Origin: Mobula birostris
Taxonomy: Eukaryota
Assembly: GCF_030028105.1 (NCBI RefSeq)
Contig: NC_092380.1
Coordinates: 12,117,123-12,181,122, forward strand
Reading direction: 5' to 3'
Length of the DNA: 64,000 nucleotides
Shown: piece by piece, positions 50,860 through 64,000 of the stretch
Position numbering within the stretch: the first letter of the stretch is position 1
Layout of the letters: every line of letters starts with the position of its first letter
Program-made: the position numbers and the translations under genes
Notes under the pieces: model-generated
The model's database searches: none
Seen by the model: only the letters and a program-made list of their open reading frames with translations
Told to the model about the DNA's origin: nothing

Positions 50860-53170
50860 CATCCAAGTTTCTTGTTTGTTCTTGTATCCAAGTAGTCCAA
50901 TTAAGTTCTAGGGCAATGCCAAACCCCAGAATCTTGATAGTAGGTGATTCAACAATAATGATACCATTGAATATCAGGCATGGGTCACAAGATACTCTTG
51001 TTGAAAATGTGTATACCAATATCATTCGTCATTCATCAGCTCATGCCCCAACTACTGCCTAAGCCTTGTTGCATGATGGTTTAGCATACTTCATTCCATG
51101 AAGGTGTGAACAGAATTGAACACAAGACAATCAAGGAGGATCCTCATTTACAAGTTTCTGATAGAATGAGTATTATTGATGAAAGCATTGTAATATTACT
51201 GGATTCAAGATGCCACCATGAGAAAATTAAACGTCCATAACGATCATCTGCAAGCCACAACTCCAGCCAGTGTAAAGTTTTTCAATTGCCTCCCTTTGAC
51301 TTTAGTTTTACCAGAGCTCCTGGATAGCAAAGTTAGTCACATTATCTTGATGTTTACAGCAGACGCTTTCAATTCATCACTGTAATGCTGAATATTTGTC
51401 CATTCTTGGATGTAGGCCAAACTAGTTTGGAGCTAAGTAATCAGAACTGAAACCCCAAGTGCGCACTGGCTAGTAGAATTATAGGTGAATGATTATCTAT
51501 AGCACTACTGACAAAACTCACTACCACGTTGTTATGGAGAGCTTATTTATTTATTGAGATAAATTGCAGAATAGGCCCTTCGAGCCATGTTGCCCGGCAA
51601 TCGCTCGATTTAATCCCCAGCCTAATTTGTGGGACAATTTACAATGACCAATTAATCTCCAACTGGTGTGCCTTTGGACTGGGAGGAAACTCACGCAGTC
51701 ACGGGGAGAACATACAAACTCCTTACAGGCAGTGGCGGGAATTGAACCTGGGTTGTCTGTACTGCAAAGTGTTGTGCTCGCCACTAGGCTACCTTGTCTA
51801 CTATGGAATAGTTATTAGCTGATTTGGAATGTGAATAGGACACATGGGCATTTTTTAAAAATATTGTTGATTAGATGCCAGTGTTGTAGCAACATTCAGA
51901 GTTAGTCAGCTCAGCAGTATGACTAACTTTAGAGCACAAGTCTTCAATACTAAAAGCGCAGTGTTCTGTCTCCAAGCCTTTGCTATATCCAGTTCTCTGA
52001 ACCATTTTCTGAAATCACATGGAGTGAATCAAATGATCAGAAGACTGGCTTCTATGATGCCAGAAATTTTGGGAGGATGGATTATTCAACATAGTAGGTC
52101 TTTGGAGTTTTACAGTCCTTTGATCTTCTTTGGTACTCACAGATGGGCTATGCAACAAGTGACAATTCACAGTATTGGAACCACTTCCTCATTATTTAGT
52201 TAATTGTGCTCCACTATACAAAACTCGATACGAGAGGCTTGCAGACATTTAATTTGATCATTTGTTTGTGAGATTACTAAACTCTATCTATTGCTATTTT
52301 CGTTTAGTATATGTGGCTCTGCATTCTGGTAATGAAGAATTCACAGCCTTTTTTAAATAAAAGATACAGTTGGTGATGATGCAGCATGTCCTTTTACATT
52401 TCTCAATGAACCAGACTTGGGCTCAAAGATGCATATTCATGACAGATATACCAGACCCAGGAGGTTACAGATTGCAGATGGATGCAATTGTACTGCTGTT
52501 GATAGCTCCCAGTACCTCATAGATCATCAGCCTTTGAGCTGCTAAATCTATTCTGAAATAGTCATTTACCACGATCAGTTAGTCCATACAGTATGGAGGT
52601 AGTCCTCAAATATTAAGCAGTGATTGCTCCTACAATATTGTTATTTACAGATGGCCTTGCAAAAGGTAAATGGGTGAATAGTTTAAGCAGATTTTTCCCA
52701 TGTTTATTTGCTATGAACTTTCATGGTTTGTTTGGCTTGGTATATGTGGTTACTCTTTGCAATGGATATTGAAGTCCCATCTGGAATAGACACTGTGCCC
52801 TGACCATTCTCAAGTTCACCACCTTAATGATGATGGTACATGGTAATCGGGTTTCCTTTTGTTTGGCCTGAATGCACAAAACTTCTTGAGCTAGGCATTA
52901 AAGAAAATCAGGGCATTCCTCCCTATCCTGCGGGGATAGGATGTTCTCAGTAACTGTAAAAGAGGTTAGAATATGAACTTCATGTAATGATTTCAAGGGT
53001 GCAATATTGAACTTTGTTCAACTAGATTGCAGGACAGCTCTCCCAATATAGACATCAGTCCCCAGACATTTGTAAGGAGGATTTTTCAAGGTTAACTGTC
53101 CTGATAGTGACTAAGTCATGTCCAAATCTGATGCCTTTGGCAAAGCTGGATGTTTGTAGTTTTATTCTTT
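50860..53170 (-). mobile_element. Very old LINE remnant, clade uncertain
   Basis: Patchy RT/EN-like remnants in the expected order on the minus strand; no ORF. Confidence 0.35.
51545..51795 (-). mobile_element. tRNA-derived V-SINE
   Basis: Minus strand: GGTAGCCTAGTGG (A box), GGTTCAATTCC (B box), gtaaggagtttgtatgttctccccgtgactgcgtg (V domain) and an aataaataa tail. Confidence 0.85.
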
Positions 53171-53654
53171 CTTTTGTTTTAACACAACATTGTTTTTAAA
53201 AACAGTAGCTTCCAATGCCATTAGTTAAAAATCATGCACATTGCTAACAGTCTGCATCTGGTTACAGGAAGCCTATTAGTAGCAGAAATCATAAATTAAT
53301 GAATACAGCAGTTTCATAGTCACAAAAATCATTCCATTAACTGAATTTGAATTTCCCCCCATTTTCTGTGTTAGGGTTTGAACTTGCATCTCCAATTTGC
53401 TCATCCAAATCTTTAGATGATCAATGCAGCAATTTAAACACCGAACCAACATTCCTCAATTATGGGATACAGTATGATGCCAAATGGATGGAGTTAAATT
53501 CACTTCAGCCATGACTCCACTGACTCAATTCAACCATACCATCAATTACCATGCCATACAAGGAATTCTTCGATGAGTGATGGGTGGTCCTTTTGCTGAA
53601 GGGGGGAGGGGAGGGGGGGTCCTTTGGGTTTTTCTGTCATTCATTCTTTGGTCT

Positions 53655-53828
53655 TTAGACCCTTGGAGGGTCAGACACCCTGAGCCAATAGGCTGGTCCT
53701 GGACTTATTTCCTGGCATAATTTACATATTACTATTTAACTATTTATGGTTTTATTACTATTTAATTACTTATGGTGCAACTGCAACGAAAACCAATTTC
53801 CCCCGGGATCAATAAAGTATGACTATGA
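53655..53828 (+). mobile_element. Young LINE 3' tail inserted in another repeat (53600-53900)
   Basis: Ends aatttcccccgggatcaataaagtatgactatga and splits a repeat that is continuous at 36880-37035. Confidence 0.6.
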
Positions 53829-54429
53829 TTTTCCCCTCTGTTTTGTGGATATCTGCGAAGTGTAAGGATTTCAGGTTGTATACTGTATACATCCTCAGAT
53901 TTTATTCAACACTAGAGATTTGAAATGACCATTACACACAAAGGCAATAGTTAACTGTCTCTAACACTACTATATGGGAAAACATTAACATGTGCAGATA
54001 TCCTTTAAAAGGCAAATTTGTAATTTTATTATGTTTATTTCTTTAAGATTACTGTGTCCTTTCTCAATTTAAGATCACCTATGAAGGTCACTTTGAATAT
54101 TAAATGCTACACTTGTCCAGTTTTCAAATATAGCGTTTCCAAGACCAATAGCTGTAAATACTAACAGGGGAACTTTGGGCATTGCCAGTGTTAGCTGGTT
54201 AGCCCAATTCACAATTAATGTCAAATGGGAAAGGAATGACACTATTCACAACACAAAAAGAGTGAAAGAATGCACTAAAGCAGGTTTGCAGTGTACTTGA
54301 CAACAGTGAATACTTCCAACACATAGTAGTTACAACTATAATAAATTCTACTGTTGTGAAAATATTGAAAACTTCTAAGTAGAGGGGGCTGCTGTGTTTA
54401 CTTCATAATGGCAATTATATGCTGGAGCC

Positions 54430-55055
54430 AGGAAAAATCCTTTGAAATTATAAACATTGAGGAAATTAAAGTTGCTGACCCTCTCTACCTCTGATTCTCC
54501 CGAACAGAACTGGCTCATGACTCTCTGGTTTCCTCCTCCTGAAGTCAATAATCAGCTCCTTGGTCTTGCTGACATTTGAGTGAGAGGTTGTTGCTGTGGC
54601 ACTACTCAGCTAGATTTTCAATCTGCCTCCTATATGCTGATTTGTCACAACCTTTTATTTGGCCAATTACAGTGGTGTCGTCAGCTATGCTTAGGCCTCC
54701 CAGTCATAAATAGAAGGTGAATAGGTACAGGTAGGGTCTAAGCACAAGGAGGTTTTGAGGTCTTGGTCTTGAAGCTTATTGATTAGTTTAGAGAAGATGA
54801 TAGTATTGAATGCTGAACTGTAGTTAATGAAGTCCTGATGTATGCATCTTCACTGTCCAGACATTCCAGGTTTGAGGGAAGAGTCAATGAAATGGCACCT
54901 GCTGTTGACTTACTGTGATGGTAGACAAATTAAAGCAGATCCAAGTCTCTTCTCAGGTAGGAGTTGATAATGTTTCATCACCAACCTCTCAAAGCACTAT
55001 ATCACAATGGATGTAAACGTTACTGGATGATAGTCATGGAGGCCAGTTACCAGAT
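54430..55055 (-). mobile_element. Degraded Rex1-type LINE RT fragment
   Basis: Minus strand remnants CFERLV, NYSSAFNT, ADDTTVIGQI and [14 protein letters not shown]. Confidence 0.75.
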
Positions 55056-55269
55056 TCTCACAAGACTCCCAAAAAAACAGCGGCCCTCTTTTGTTCCAAA
55101 GGCATAGATGAAATTAGCAAATCTACATAATACAGGAAGTTAATGTTGAGTATTACTGTTTTGCCCCAGGATGGTGTACTATTTATCTTGGTCTCTGAGC
55201 CAAGACTACTGTAAAGTGGAACACCTCCAGTGCTGAAACAACCACCCTTCATTCCACCCTCTGCTTATC

Positions 55270-56330
55270 TACCAGAATACACACAGTCTTTGAGATTGCT
55301 TTCCAATGCTTCACTGGTCAACTACTTGTTTTTGCAAATTTGATAAGGTGCTACAAAAAAGGTTACTGCAAAAGATAAATGCTTGTGGGATTAAGAGTTA
55401 ACATATTACAATGGATAAAGAACTGGTTCACACACATAAAAGAAACATTAAATGATTTTCATGTTGGCATGCTTAAATGAGCAGGATACCTCAATTATCT
55501 GTGTTAGGTCATCAGCTCTTTATGATCTATATTAATAACTTGAAGGGAAATGGCTCAAAGTGGGAAATTAAATTGTGAGCTAGGCATGATGTCTCCCAAA
55601 AAGGAGTTAAGATAAGTTCTGCAAGTTCACAAAAATAGCTGATGGAGTACTATATCATGGAATGAAATGTTCCCTGTTTTATTAAACTGTTGCAAGATAG
55701 CTTCAAATAACTTTATTTCTTGTACGAGGATGGAGTGCAGGCAGAGCAAGTACTTAAAATGTTAAATGGAATACTGGTCTTTATTGCAAAAAACAATGGA
55801 GTATACAAGTCTACTACAACTGTACTGGCCTTTGTGAGCCCCGATCTGGAGTTTGTTCTCCTTATTTAAAAGACTGTCCTTGCCTTAGACAAAGTGCTGT
55901 GTAGGTTCTATAAAGGGGAAAGGTTTATTTAGCAAGAAGGGTCTAAATTCTCTGGAATATTAAACAATAAGTTAATCTCATTAAGAAGAGATTCTGAGAA
56001 GGCTTCACAGGAAAGATAGATCCCACAAAAGGGTTGTCGTAAGATAACAGCAAAGAAACTCAGAACAAGGGATCTACTGCTTAAACAAAATGAGAAGGGT
56101 GTCTTTTTCAGAAGGATGCAAAACTAAAGAATTCTCTACCATAGAATGTTGTGGAAAGTGACATATCAAGGATATTAAAATTTGAGCTAGTTGAAATCTT
56201 TGAACTTGAGGAATCAAGGCTTATGAACATTGGGCAGAAAATTGAAGATCAGATCAACCATAATCTTATCTAAATGAAAAGCAGCCTGGGGGTCCAACTT
56301 AGCCAAAACCCTGCTCCAAGCTTGTCATTT
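55270..56330 (+). mobile_element. Degraded CR1 LINE 3' half
   Basis: FDKV..KRLL.KI, GIPQ.SVLG.QLFMIYINNL, NGILVFIA and a CR1 tail near 56250-56320. Confidence 0.7.
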
Positions 56331-57076
56331 CATTAAGAATTTGCAGCAATCTTCTCAGACAATTCACTTCAAAGCAGAGTTCAATATGTTTGTATATTAT
56401 CCATATCATTTTCCCACTGTACAGAATTGGTCATAAGATACCAATGCACTAGGTAGGGCAAGTCACATATAGAATCTACCACATTTTCAAGGAACTGATT
56501 AATATTGTTATGCTCTTCTGTCACTTTAAAAGCTGCCATCAGTTGCACAAGCAATTCAGGAAGTTAATAGTGAAAGAAGGGAAAGCTTGTCTAGAGCTCC
56601 AGCACTGAATTATTAGTTCTGGACTCAAGTTATGAACTGTGCAACAAAAATAATGAGGTTAAATATGTCAAAATAAAATCCAATTCTGTTAGTTAGGAAT
56701 AATCTAACTCACGTTCTATAATTTAATCCAGTTACGTTGGAATTTTCCAGCTATTAACTCTTGATTAGCTGGATAACAATTAGTCTGTAAAAGGCTAATT
56801 AAAAACGCTGCAGGCCATTCATACTAAATGGCTGGAAAAGCATCCAACCTTTTTAGGAAACAATTTAATGGATGGATACATACATAGAAAATAAACCTAA
56901 ACCCTGTTGATAAAAGTCCTTTGGTCTAAAATGTTAACCCTGCTTATCCCTCCACAAATATTGTTTTATAGACTTACTGAACATATCTAACATTTTGTTT
57001 TACTTCAATTTTTCCACACCTGCAGTAGGCTCTGAAACAGTTTTCTTACAGAATAATACATCATTTTTAATCTTAA

Positions 57077-57657
57077 TGTAACACCCTGGTTAAGATTTCC
57101 AATGCAATGCTGTAGGTATTTCATTCTAGCAGTTTCTGCAAAAGCAGTGTGTCCTGCTGGTAGAATGTTTTGGTTTCGGTTAGAGATAAGAAGCCTTGCT
57201 GTTCATCTTAGGAATGTTGTGTCAGCCAATCAAGATGCTGTAATCGAGGTAAATTGTAGAGAGAGCAGTAGTCTGGTTCGGGGTCTTTTTGGAGGGAGCT
57301 ACGGAGAGAACAGGAGGGAAGATGCCTGAGGATGCTGTGGGAAGGAGCGTCCCTGTTGCACGAAGTGCTCTGAGCAGATCAATGGCTCCAAGGAGGAAGG
57401 ACCAATACTCTCGAGTGGCAGCCTGAGTGTTTGAGATGGATTTTGAGTGAAGTTTGGAATGTGTGTGTTTTCACACAGAACATGAGTCCTGCACATGAGA
57501 AAAAGACAACTCCAGGATGAGCACATTGGACTGGTTTACCCGTAAAGTGCCCTTTTATTATTTTTTTCTTTTCAATTTCCTACTAACTGTCGAATAAAGC
57601 TAAAATTTGTAAATATACTTTTTTTGTAATGTTATGTGATGTACGACCTGTTATTTA
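57077..57657 (+). mobile_element. Solo LTR-like element, 3'-truncated
   Basis: Starts TGTAACACCC, with AGCCAATCA near 57224 and AATAAA near 57593 followed by T/GT-rich sequence; abuts a Rex1 fragment. Confidence 0.55.
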
Positions 57658-57659
57658 GA

Positions 57660-58705
57660 GCTTAGAGACCTTGGCCTTCACCCTGCCTTGAGTAGCTAGA
57701 TCCTGGACTTCCTGTCAGATCACCATCAGGTGGTATGAGTGGGCTCCCTCACCTCTGCCCCTCTGACCCTGAACACAGATGCCCCTCAGGGCTATGTCCT
57801 CAGCCTCCTCCTTACTCTCTATACCCATGACTATGTCACCACCCACAGCTCCAATCTGCTAATTAAATTTGCTGATGATACTACATTGATTGGCCTAATC
57901 TCAAATAATAATGAGGCAGCCTACAGAGAAGTCATCACCCTGAGACAGTGGTATCAAGAAAACAACGTCTCTTTCAATGCCGCAAAGACAAAGGAGCTGG
58001 TTGGTTGTGAACTATAGGAGGAATGGAGACAAGCTAACCCCTATTGACATCAATGCATCTTGGGTTGGGAGGGTGAACAACTTTAAGTTCCTCGGCATAC
58101 ACATCACCCAGGATCTCACGTGGTCTGTACATATCGGCTGTGTGCTGAAGAAAGCACAACAGTGCCTCTTTCACCTCAGATGGTTCAAGTACTTTGGGTT
58201 TGGGCCCCCAGATCCTAAGAACTTTCTACAGGGGCACAGTTGAGAGCATTCTGACTGGCTGCATCACTGCCTGGTATGGGAACCGTACTTCCCTCAACCA
58301 CAGGGCTCTGCAGAGAGTGGTGCAGACAGCCCAGTGCATCTGTTGATGTGAACTTCCCACTATTCAGAACATTTACAAAGACAGGTGTGTAAAAAGGGCC
58401 CGAAGGATCATTGGGGACCTGAGTCACCCCAACCACAAATTGTTCCAACTGCTACCATCCGGGAAATAGCACCGCAGCATAAAAGCCAGGACCAACAGGC
58501 TCTGGGAAAGCTTCTTTCACCAGGCCATCAGACTAATTAATTCACGCTGATACAATTGTATTTCTATGTTATACTGACTGCCCTGTTGTACATACTATTT
58601 ATTACAAATTACTATAAAATTGCTCACTGCACATAGACAGATGTAACGAAAAGATTTTTACTCCTCATGTATATGAAGGCTATAAGTAATAAAGTCAATT
58701 CAATA
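57660..58705 (+). mobile_element. 5'-truncated Rex1-type LINE
   Basis: APQGYVLS, IKFADDTTLIGLI, FKFLGIHITQDLTW and SFFHQAIRLIN, with tail aataaagtcaattcaat. Confidence 0.9.
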
Positions 58706-58932
58706 TAAAGGTTAACATTCTTGCTGACCAAAAATTGCGTATGGGCAGCATCTACACAGCAGTTGCTCAAATCGAGGTTTCTTTAATTGGACCATCATGA
58801 TGTCCCTGCTTGGTTGAACCCCAAATCACACCAATCCCAGATATATATTGCTTGTGAAATGTGGGCTTCTCACTGCTGAGTCATGTGGTTGTTAGCAGAG
58901 CCAGCTAACTAGCGAAGTTTGCACCGAGCCCA

Positions 58933-58990
58933 GTGGTGGTGGTGGTGGTGGTGGTGGGGGGGGGGGGGGGGGGGAGAGAGAAGAGAAGAG
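58933..58990 (+). repeat. (GGT)n plus poly-G plus GA-rich simple repeat
   Basis: Seen directly in the sequence. Confidence 0.9.
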
Positions 58991-59637
58991 AAACTACAGA
59001 AGTAAAACAAATTCCTTTCCTGGGAAGCAGATGCTGGTATAAGAGATGCTGGGGCACACCAAGGAGACACGTTTCTAGTTAAATAGGAAATGCTGAAAGC
59101 CATTTATTGTAGAAGACGATAACCACTGAATCCAAAGCTGTCTATACTATCTATCTATTCACCTTCACAGTCCAAAAAAGTCACTGATAGCACATGCAAA
59201 CATCTGGCTGATTTGTTTCGTCCACTCCCTAACTGAGAGGCAGAAGGTGGTTTTAATAACCTCACCAAAATCAGCAAAGTCAGACATGCAAGGTATCAAT
59301 TGCTCAGTCAGTGCAATTTTACAGTAAAGCACTATCAAAGTTTATTTTTTTTTGTATGAAGTACAGAAGCAAGGCCCAGGGATTTATAGAAACAGCTGCA
59401 AGAATATCCCTGAGGTACCTCCTTTATCAACACTGAAGCCAACGGTAGGTGGAGGGGTGGTGCAAGAGTCAGTGGGGGTGGGCCGATGCAAGCGAGGGTA
59501 CAAACATGACATGGACCAAATTATAATAATAACAATAACACATTTTTAATTGTGTGTTAGGATCATGGCAGCCAAATATATTTGAGAAGGTAACTAAGCA
59601 TAAATTTATGAACAGGCAGAAGGATGTATTGATAGAA

Positions 59638-60390
59638 TAAAAACAAAAAATGCTGGAAACACTCAGCAGGTCAGGCAGCATCAACAGAAGAGGAACTGAA
59701 ACAGAAAAGTAAGAAGATAAGTTTGTTTGAAGTTGCAGGGAAGGTTAGGAAGGGTTGATAGGACAGAATTTCTCTGGTAAGATGAGGCCACATAATCCTA
59801 ATGTTTACAGAGGTACTGTCTTAATAAATGAATGAGGGCAGATGGGATTTACTGGCTGTTATACACAAGCCAGAGGTGTTGCTGAATCCAAAATAAAAAT
59901 GGCAGAAGTTCCCACCAGATCGTGATGTCTGTGGAGAGTGGAAAAACAGAGTTTAATATTATACATGCTTAACCATCCAAAAGAAATGGATAGCTTTGAG
60001 ACATCCAGGAAAATCAAATTATCTGACATTGCTGAATTCAATCTTGAATTATTGGTTCTCAGTTGGTTTACACTGGAACAACTTGGGAGACCACAGTCAA
60101 AGTAGGATATAGAATTGGAATGCTAGGGATGCCCTTCTAAACTGAATACAAGTGCTTTGCAAAGCAGTCACCCCATCAGTTTGGCTTCTTCATTGTTCAG
60201 AAGATCACATTGCAAGCATCGAATGTAATGGAATGAGTTGGAAGGGGATAAACAAATTGCTGTTTCAGTTTAAAATAACTAGATAGGAAGGGGTGAGATA
60301 AAAGAGGAAGATGCATTGGAAATAGTCTATCCCTTTATCTCTGCTGATGCTGACTAACCCAGTCAGTTACAGTTGTCTAGTAATTTGTTT
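59638..60390 (-). mobile_element. Degraded Penelope-like remnant
   Basis: pLTR repeat aaaatgctggaaacactcagcaggtcaggcagcatc at 59647 and a GIY-YIG-like YIRCLQC.LL...GDCFAKH remnant at 60150-60230. Confidence 0.6.
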
Positions 60391-60602
60391 TTTTTATAAA
60401 TAGAGCATTGGTTGGGAGATGGGTTTTGGAAACAGACAGAAAGCTTGATTCCATATCACTGAGAATCTCCAAAGGATTAGTGCAAACTTGAATGCACTAA
60501 AAAAACTCTGGCTATGCATTAGATAAGATTGGAATCAAGTACCAGCAGTCTCAACTGAGCAGGATAACAGAGAGAGGAGGATTGTTAATTGTATCAAATG
60601 TT

Positions 60603-62151
60603 TTAGATTAGATTAGATTCAACTTCATTGTCATTGTGCCGAGTACAGATACAAAGCCAATGAAATGAAGTTAGCATCTGACCAGAACTGCAAAGAACAG
60701 TGTTATTTACAAAATAACTGCGAATAAAAAGTAAGTGCTACAGCACACAAATATAAAAGTACTGAGACAGTACAACATGGGTAGAATACTGATTAGCACT
60801 GTGGTGTGAGGTTCAGCAGGGTCACAGCTTCAGGGAAGAAGCTCTTCCTGCGCCTGCTGGTGCAGGAGCAGAGGCTCCTGCAGCGCCTACTGGATGGGAG
60901 GAGAGTAAAAAGTTCATAGTTAGGGTGAGATGTATCCTTGATAATGCTTATCGCCCTGCCTAGGCAGCGTTTATAGTAGATGTTCTCAATGGTGGGCAAT
61001 TGGGTGCCAATAATCCGCTGGGCAGGTTTCACCACACACTGGAGTGCTTTGCGGTCCGATACTGGACAATTGCCATACCACACTGAGATGCAGTTGGTGA
61101 GTATGCTCTCAATGGTACAGCGGTAAAAGTCCGTCAGTATCCTGGGACAGAGGTGAGCTTTCTTCATGCTCTGCAGGAAATAAAGGCGCTGTTGCGCCTT
61201 TTTGACCAGGATGGAGGAGCTCAGGGACCAGGTGAGATCCTCAGAAATGTGGACACCAAGGAACTTGAAGCTTGATACATGCTCCACTACAGCTCCGTTG
61301 ATGTAGATGGGGACGTGAGTGTGGCTCCTAGCATGCCTGAAGTCCATAATGATCTCCTTGGTCTTCTGGGTGTTAAGGGCCAGGTTGTTGTCGGCACACC
61401 ACACGGCCAGGTGCTGGACCTCGTCCCTGTAGGCTGTCTCGTCATCCCCTCTGATCAGGCCAACCACCGTGGTGTCGCCTGCGAACTTGATTATGGAGTT
61501 AGAACCATGTACAGGAACGTAGTCATAGGTGAAAAGGGAGTACAGAAGAGGGCTTAGCACTCAGCCTTGAGGCACACCGGTGTTCAGGGTGAGAGTGGAG
61601 GAGCAGAGGTTGTCTAACTTAACTGATTGGGGTCTGTTAGTCAGAAAGCCCAAGGTCCAATTGCAGAGGGATAAGCTGATACCAAGCTGGTGAAGTTTGG
61701 CGATCAGCTTGGAGGGGATCACAGTATTGAATGCTGAACTAAAGTCAATGAACAGCATTCTGACATAAGAGTTGGGGCTGTCCAGGTGGGTCAGGGCAGA
61801 GTGAAGTACCACGGAGATGGCGTCCTCTGTTGACCTGTTGGTGCGATAGGCAAATTGATGGGGGTCCAGGGTAGTGGGCAGACAGGATTTCAGATGTGAT
61901 CGAACCAGTCTCTCAAAGCACTTTGCAATGATGGAGGTGAGTGCAACTGGGTGGAAGTCATTCAGGCCTGTGGCAGTGGAATACTTTGGCACTGGCACAA
62001 TGGTGACGATCTTGAAGCTTGTGGGGACAACTGCCTGGGCCAGGGACAGATTAAAAATGTCCGTGAAGACCCCGGCCAACTGCCCTGCACAGACTCTGAG
62101 CACACAGCCAGGTATTCCACCTGGACCAGCTGCTTTCCATACATTCACCAA
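60603..62151 (-). mobile_element. 5'-truncated Rex1-type LINE, RT frame nearly intact
   Basis: ORFs 61561..62151 and 60793..61560 are one frame split by a single TGA after GVPQG. Catalytic FADD is mutated to FAGD. Ends in an (ATCTA)n tail. Confidence 0.94.
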
Positions 62152-64000
62152 AAGATTAACATATAATGCATATTAAGGACATAATGTACAATTGTACAGC
62201 ATCTAAAATGGAATTTTATTGATTTTCATATCCTAGCTACTGTCTGCATTAGATTTGCTAAATAGCTAAAAATACCCAATTTAAAATTTTAGTTGATACT
62301 ACAGATTTTTCAAAATGTAGTAAGTGGGTATATAGCAGTAAAACTGTGGAACCAAATTGGTAAATACAGATTTTCTCATGGGGAAAATGTAAACATAACA
62401 TGGTTGGCATAATGTCAAAAAAAAATTATAGGAATTTTTTTGCTCCACATTTCTGCTCTAGCTCTACGTTTTAATGGCGAACTAAAGATGAAGTTTACAA
62501 TCAGAATAATTGCTCAATTTAAAAACCTTTCATTTGATTTCTTCTTTTTGAATAACAGTAAAGTTTATCAAAAATGATCCAAACCAGTAACAGATGAAAC
62601 TGCAACACAAAGAAGAAAAAACAAATGTATTTTCTTATATAACCTCTTTGTAAAACCACTCAAAGCACATAACAATCATTTGAAGTGCAGCCATTTATTG
62701 CTACATTGGCAAATGTGGCGACCATTTTGTACATGGCAAAGCTCTGCAATGGCAGCAAGATAAATGATTAGTAATGCTTTCCATTGGGGAAAAAGTAACT
62801 AAAAACTTTTTCCTCAAGAAACAACATGAGTTTTTATTCAACTGAAAAGATCAGTGAAACCTCAGTATTAGATAGATTTTACGTCATCATATGGACTTAC
62901 ACTTATCTTAACTTCCAAGTTGGACAAGGGAATGTGACCAATTAAGCCAAGCTGATACTTATGATTAAAGCACTACAATTATCAATAGTATTCAAGGCTC
63001 AAACACTATTAAATTACCAAGATACACAGTACTGCTCACCACACCAAGTAGAATTAGTTCAGGAAGTATTTAACCCTTCATTAGATTGATCAACATTTAA
63101 ATTGTAAACAAAAAGTAGCACATTGTGGTAGATTTCTTAACTCCTCCCCTGTTTTTGGAAAAATGTTTCAGAGATAACTGTTTGACCTCAGACATCTTCT
63201 GAGAAGGACAATTCTTTACATACATGTCTACACTGGGAGCAATATTCAAGCGTGGAATGCATATTTGAGTCTCAACCATTCTTATCCTCACAAGTAGTTA
63301 ATCATGCATCGATTATGGATGGATATCAAGAATTTGAATTTTGACAGTTTTCTGCCTCACTATTCAACAACACTCAATTAACAATTAATGGACTTTTCCC
63401 TTGTCTGAAGAATTAATTTTCTCTTAACACACAGCTTCAGATTATCTTTCATGTAAACAAAATTCTTCACTTCAACTCATTTAAACAGTATACTGTGCAG
63501 CATCTGTTTAGTATATTTCACTTAGCATTGAAACTTACTGTCTAACTTTAAGAGTCTGACGCACAGCAAACATAACCATTACCATGTAGGGCCAAATATT
63601 ACACCCGTGTTGTACAGTTAAGAAGTGTTCACAGTTGAGGTTCATGTTACATCAGATATTTTTTAAGCACTTTGCCTTGGCATACATTTTGGACAAAGAA
63701 ATGAGATTTTAGGCAACAGATTTTGTAATTTGCAATTTTATCATGTGATCTTTATATCGTTAAAGCAATAAGCATTTTATTCCAAATATACAACTGGTGC
63801 TTATGCTTCACTGTAGTTAAACTGTATTTCAGCACTTGTATGTGGGTTAATCCCTGAACATTTCTATTAGCTTCAGTGTAGCAGCCCATAATCAACACAA
63901 TGTCAAAATCCACTGTGTGATACGTTAGAAAGCTAAAACACTAGTGAAATTGGTCCAGTAATTGTACCACATCGCATGGATACTACAGTGAAGCAAAACA

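Noticed and set aside
46600-64000. Distal RBFOX2 first exon (MAEG.../...FPARDSQ type)
   Set aside because: No CpG island or matching peptide is seen; it is presumably further upstream.
1-64000. CRISPR arrays, operons or prokaryotic defence systems
   Set aside because: The sequence is eukaryotic intron/exon DNA, with no regularly spaced repeats or dense ORFs.

Overview
AT-rich vertebrate genomic DNA, not prokaryotic. The repeat content (CR1 and Rex1/Babar LINEs, HE1/V-SINE-like SINEs, Penelope remnants, Tc1) suggests a cartilaginous fish, probably a ray; this is inference. The window covers the 5' half of an RBFOX2 (Fox-1 family splicing factor) gene on the minus strand. Four phase-0 coding exons are visible: 46398-46424 (alternative first exon, MERKTMVSQ), 23586-23837, 13493-13636 and 6374-6427, the last two encoding the first half of the RRM. 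The next (93-nt) RRM exon was not found and probably lies left of position 1. The rest is intron or upstream sequence filled with transposon relics. The most unusual observation is at 34675-35350: an LTR is fused, at its primer-binding site, to a 63-nt copy of mature CCA-bearing tRNA-Pro, which looks like a fossilised reverse-transcription intermediate. Also notable are about ten Penelope-derived repeats with decayed minimal hammerhead ribozyme cores, a young Tc1 with 214-bp TIRs, a near full-length sense-oriented Rex1 LINE, a NAGNAG acceptor and a 9-Pro expansion in RBFOX2. Exon, TIR and tRNA coordinates were counted by hand; boundaries of old repeats are approximate.
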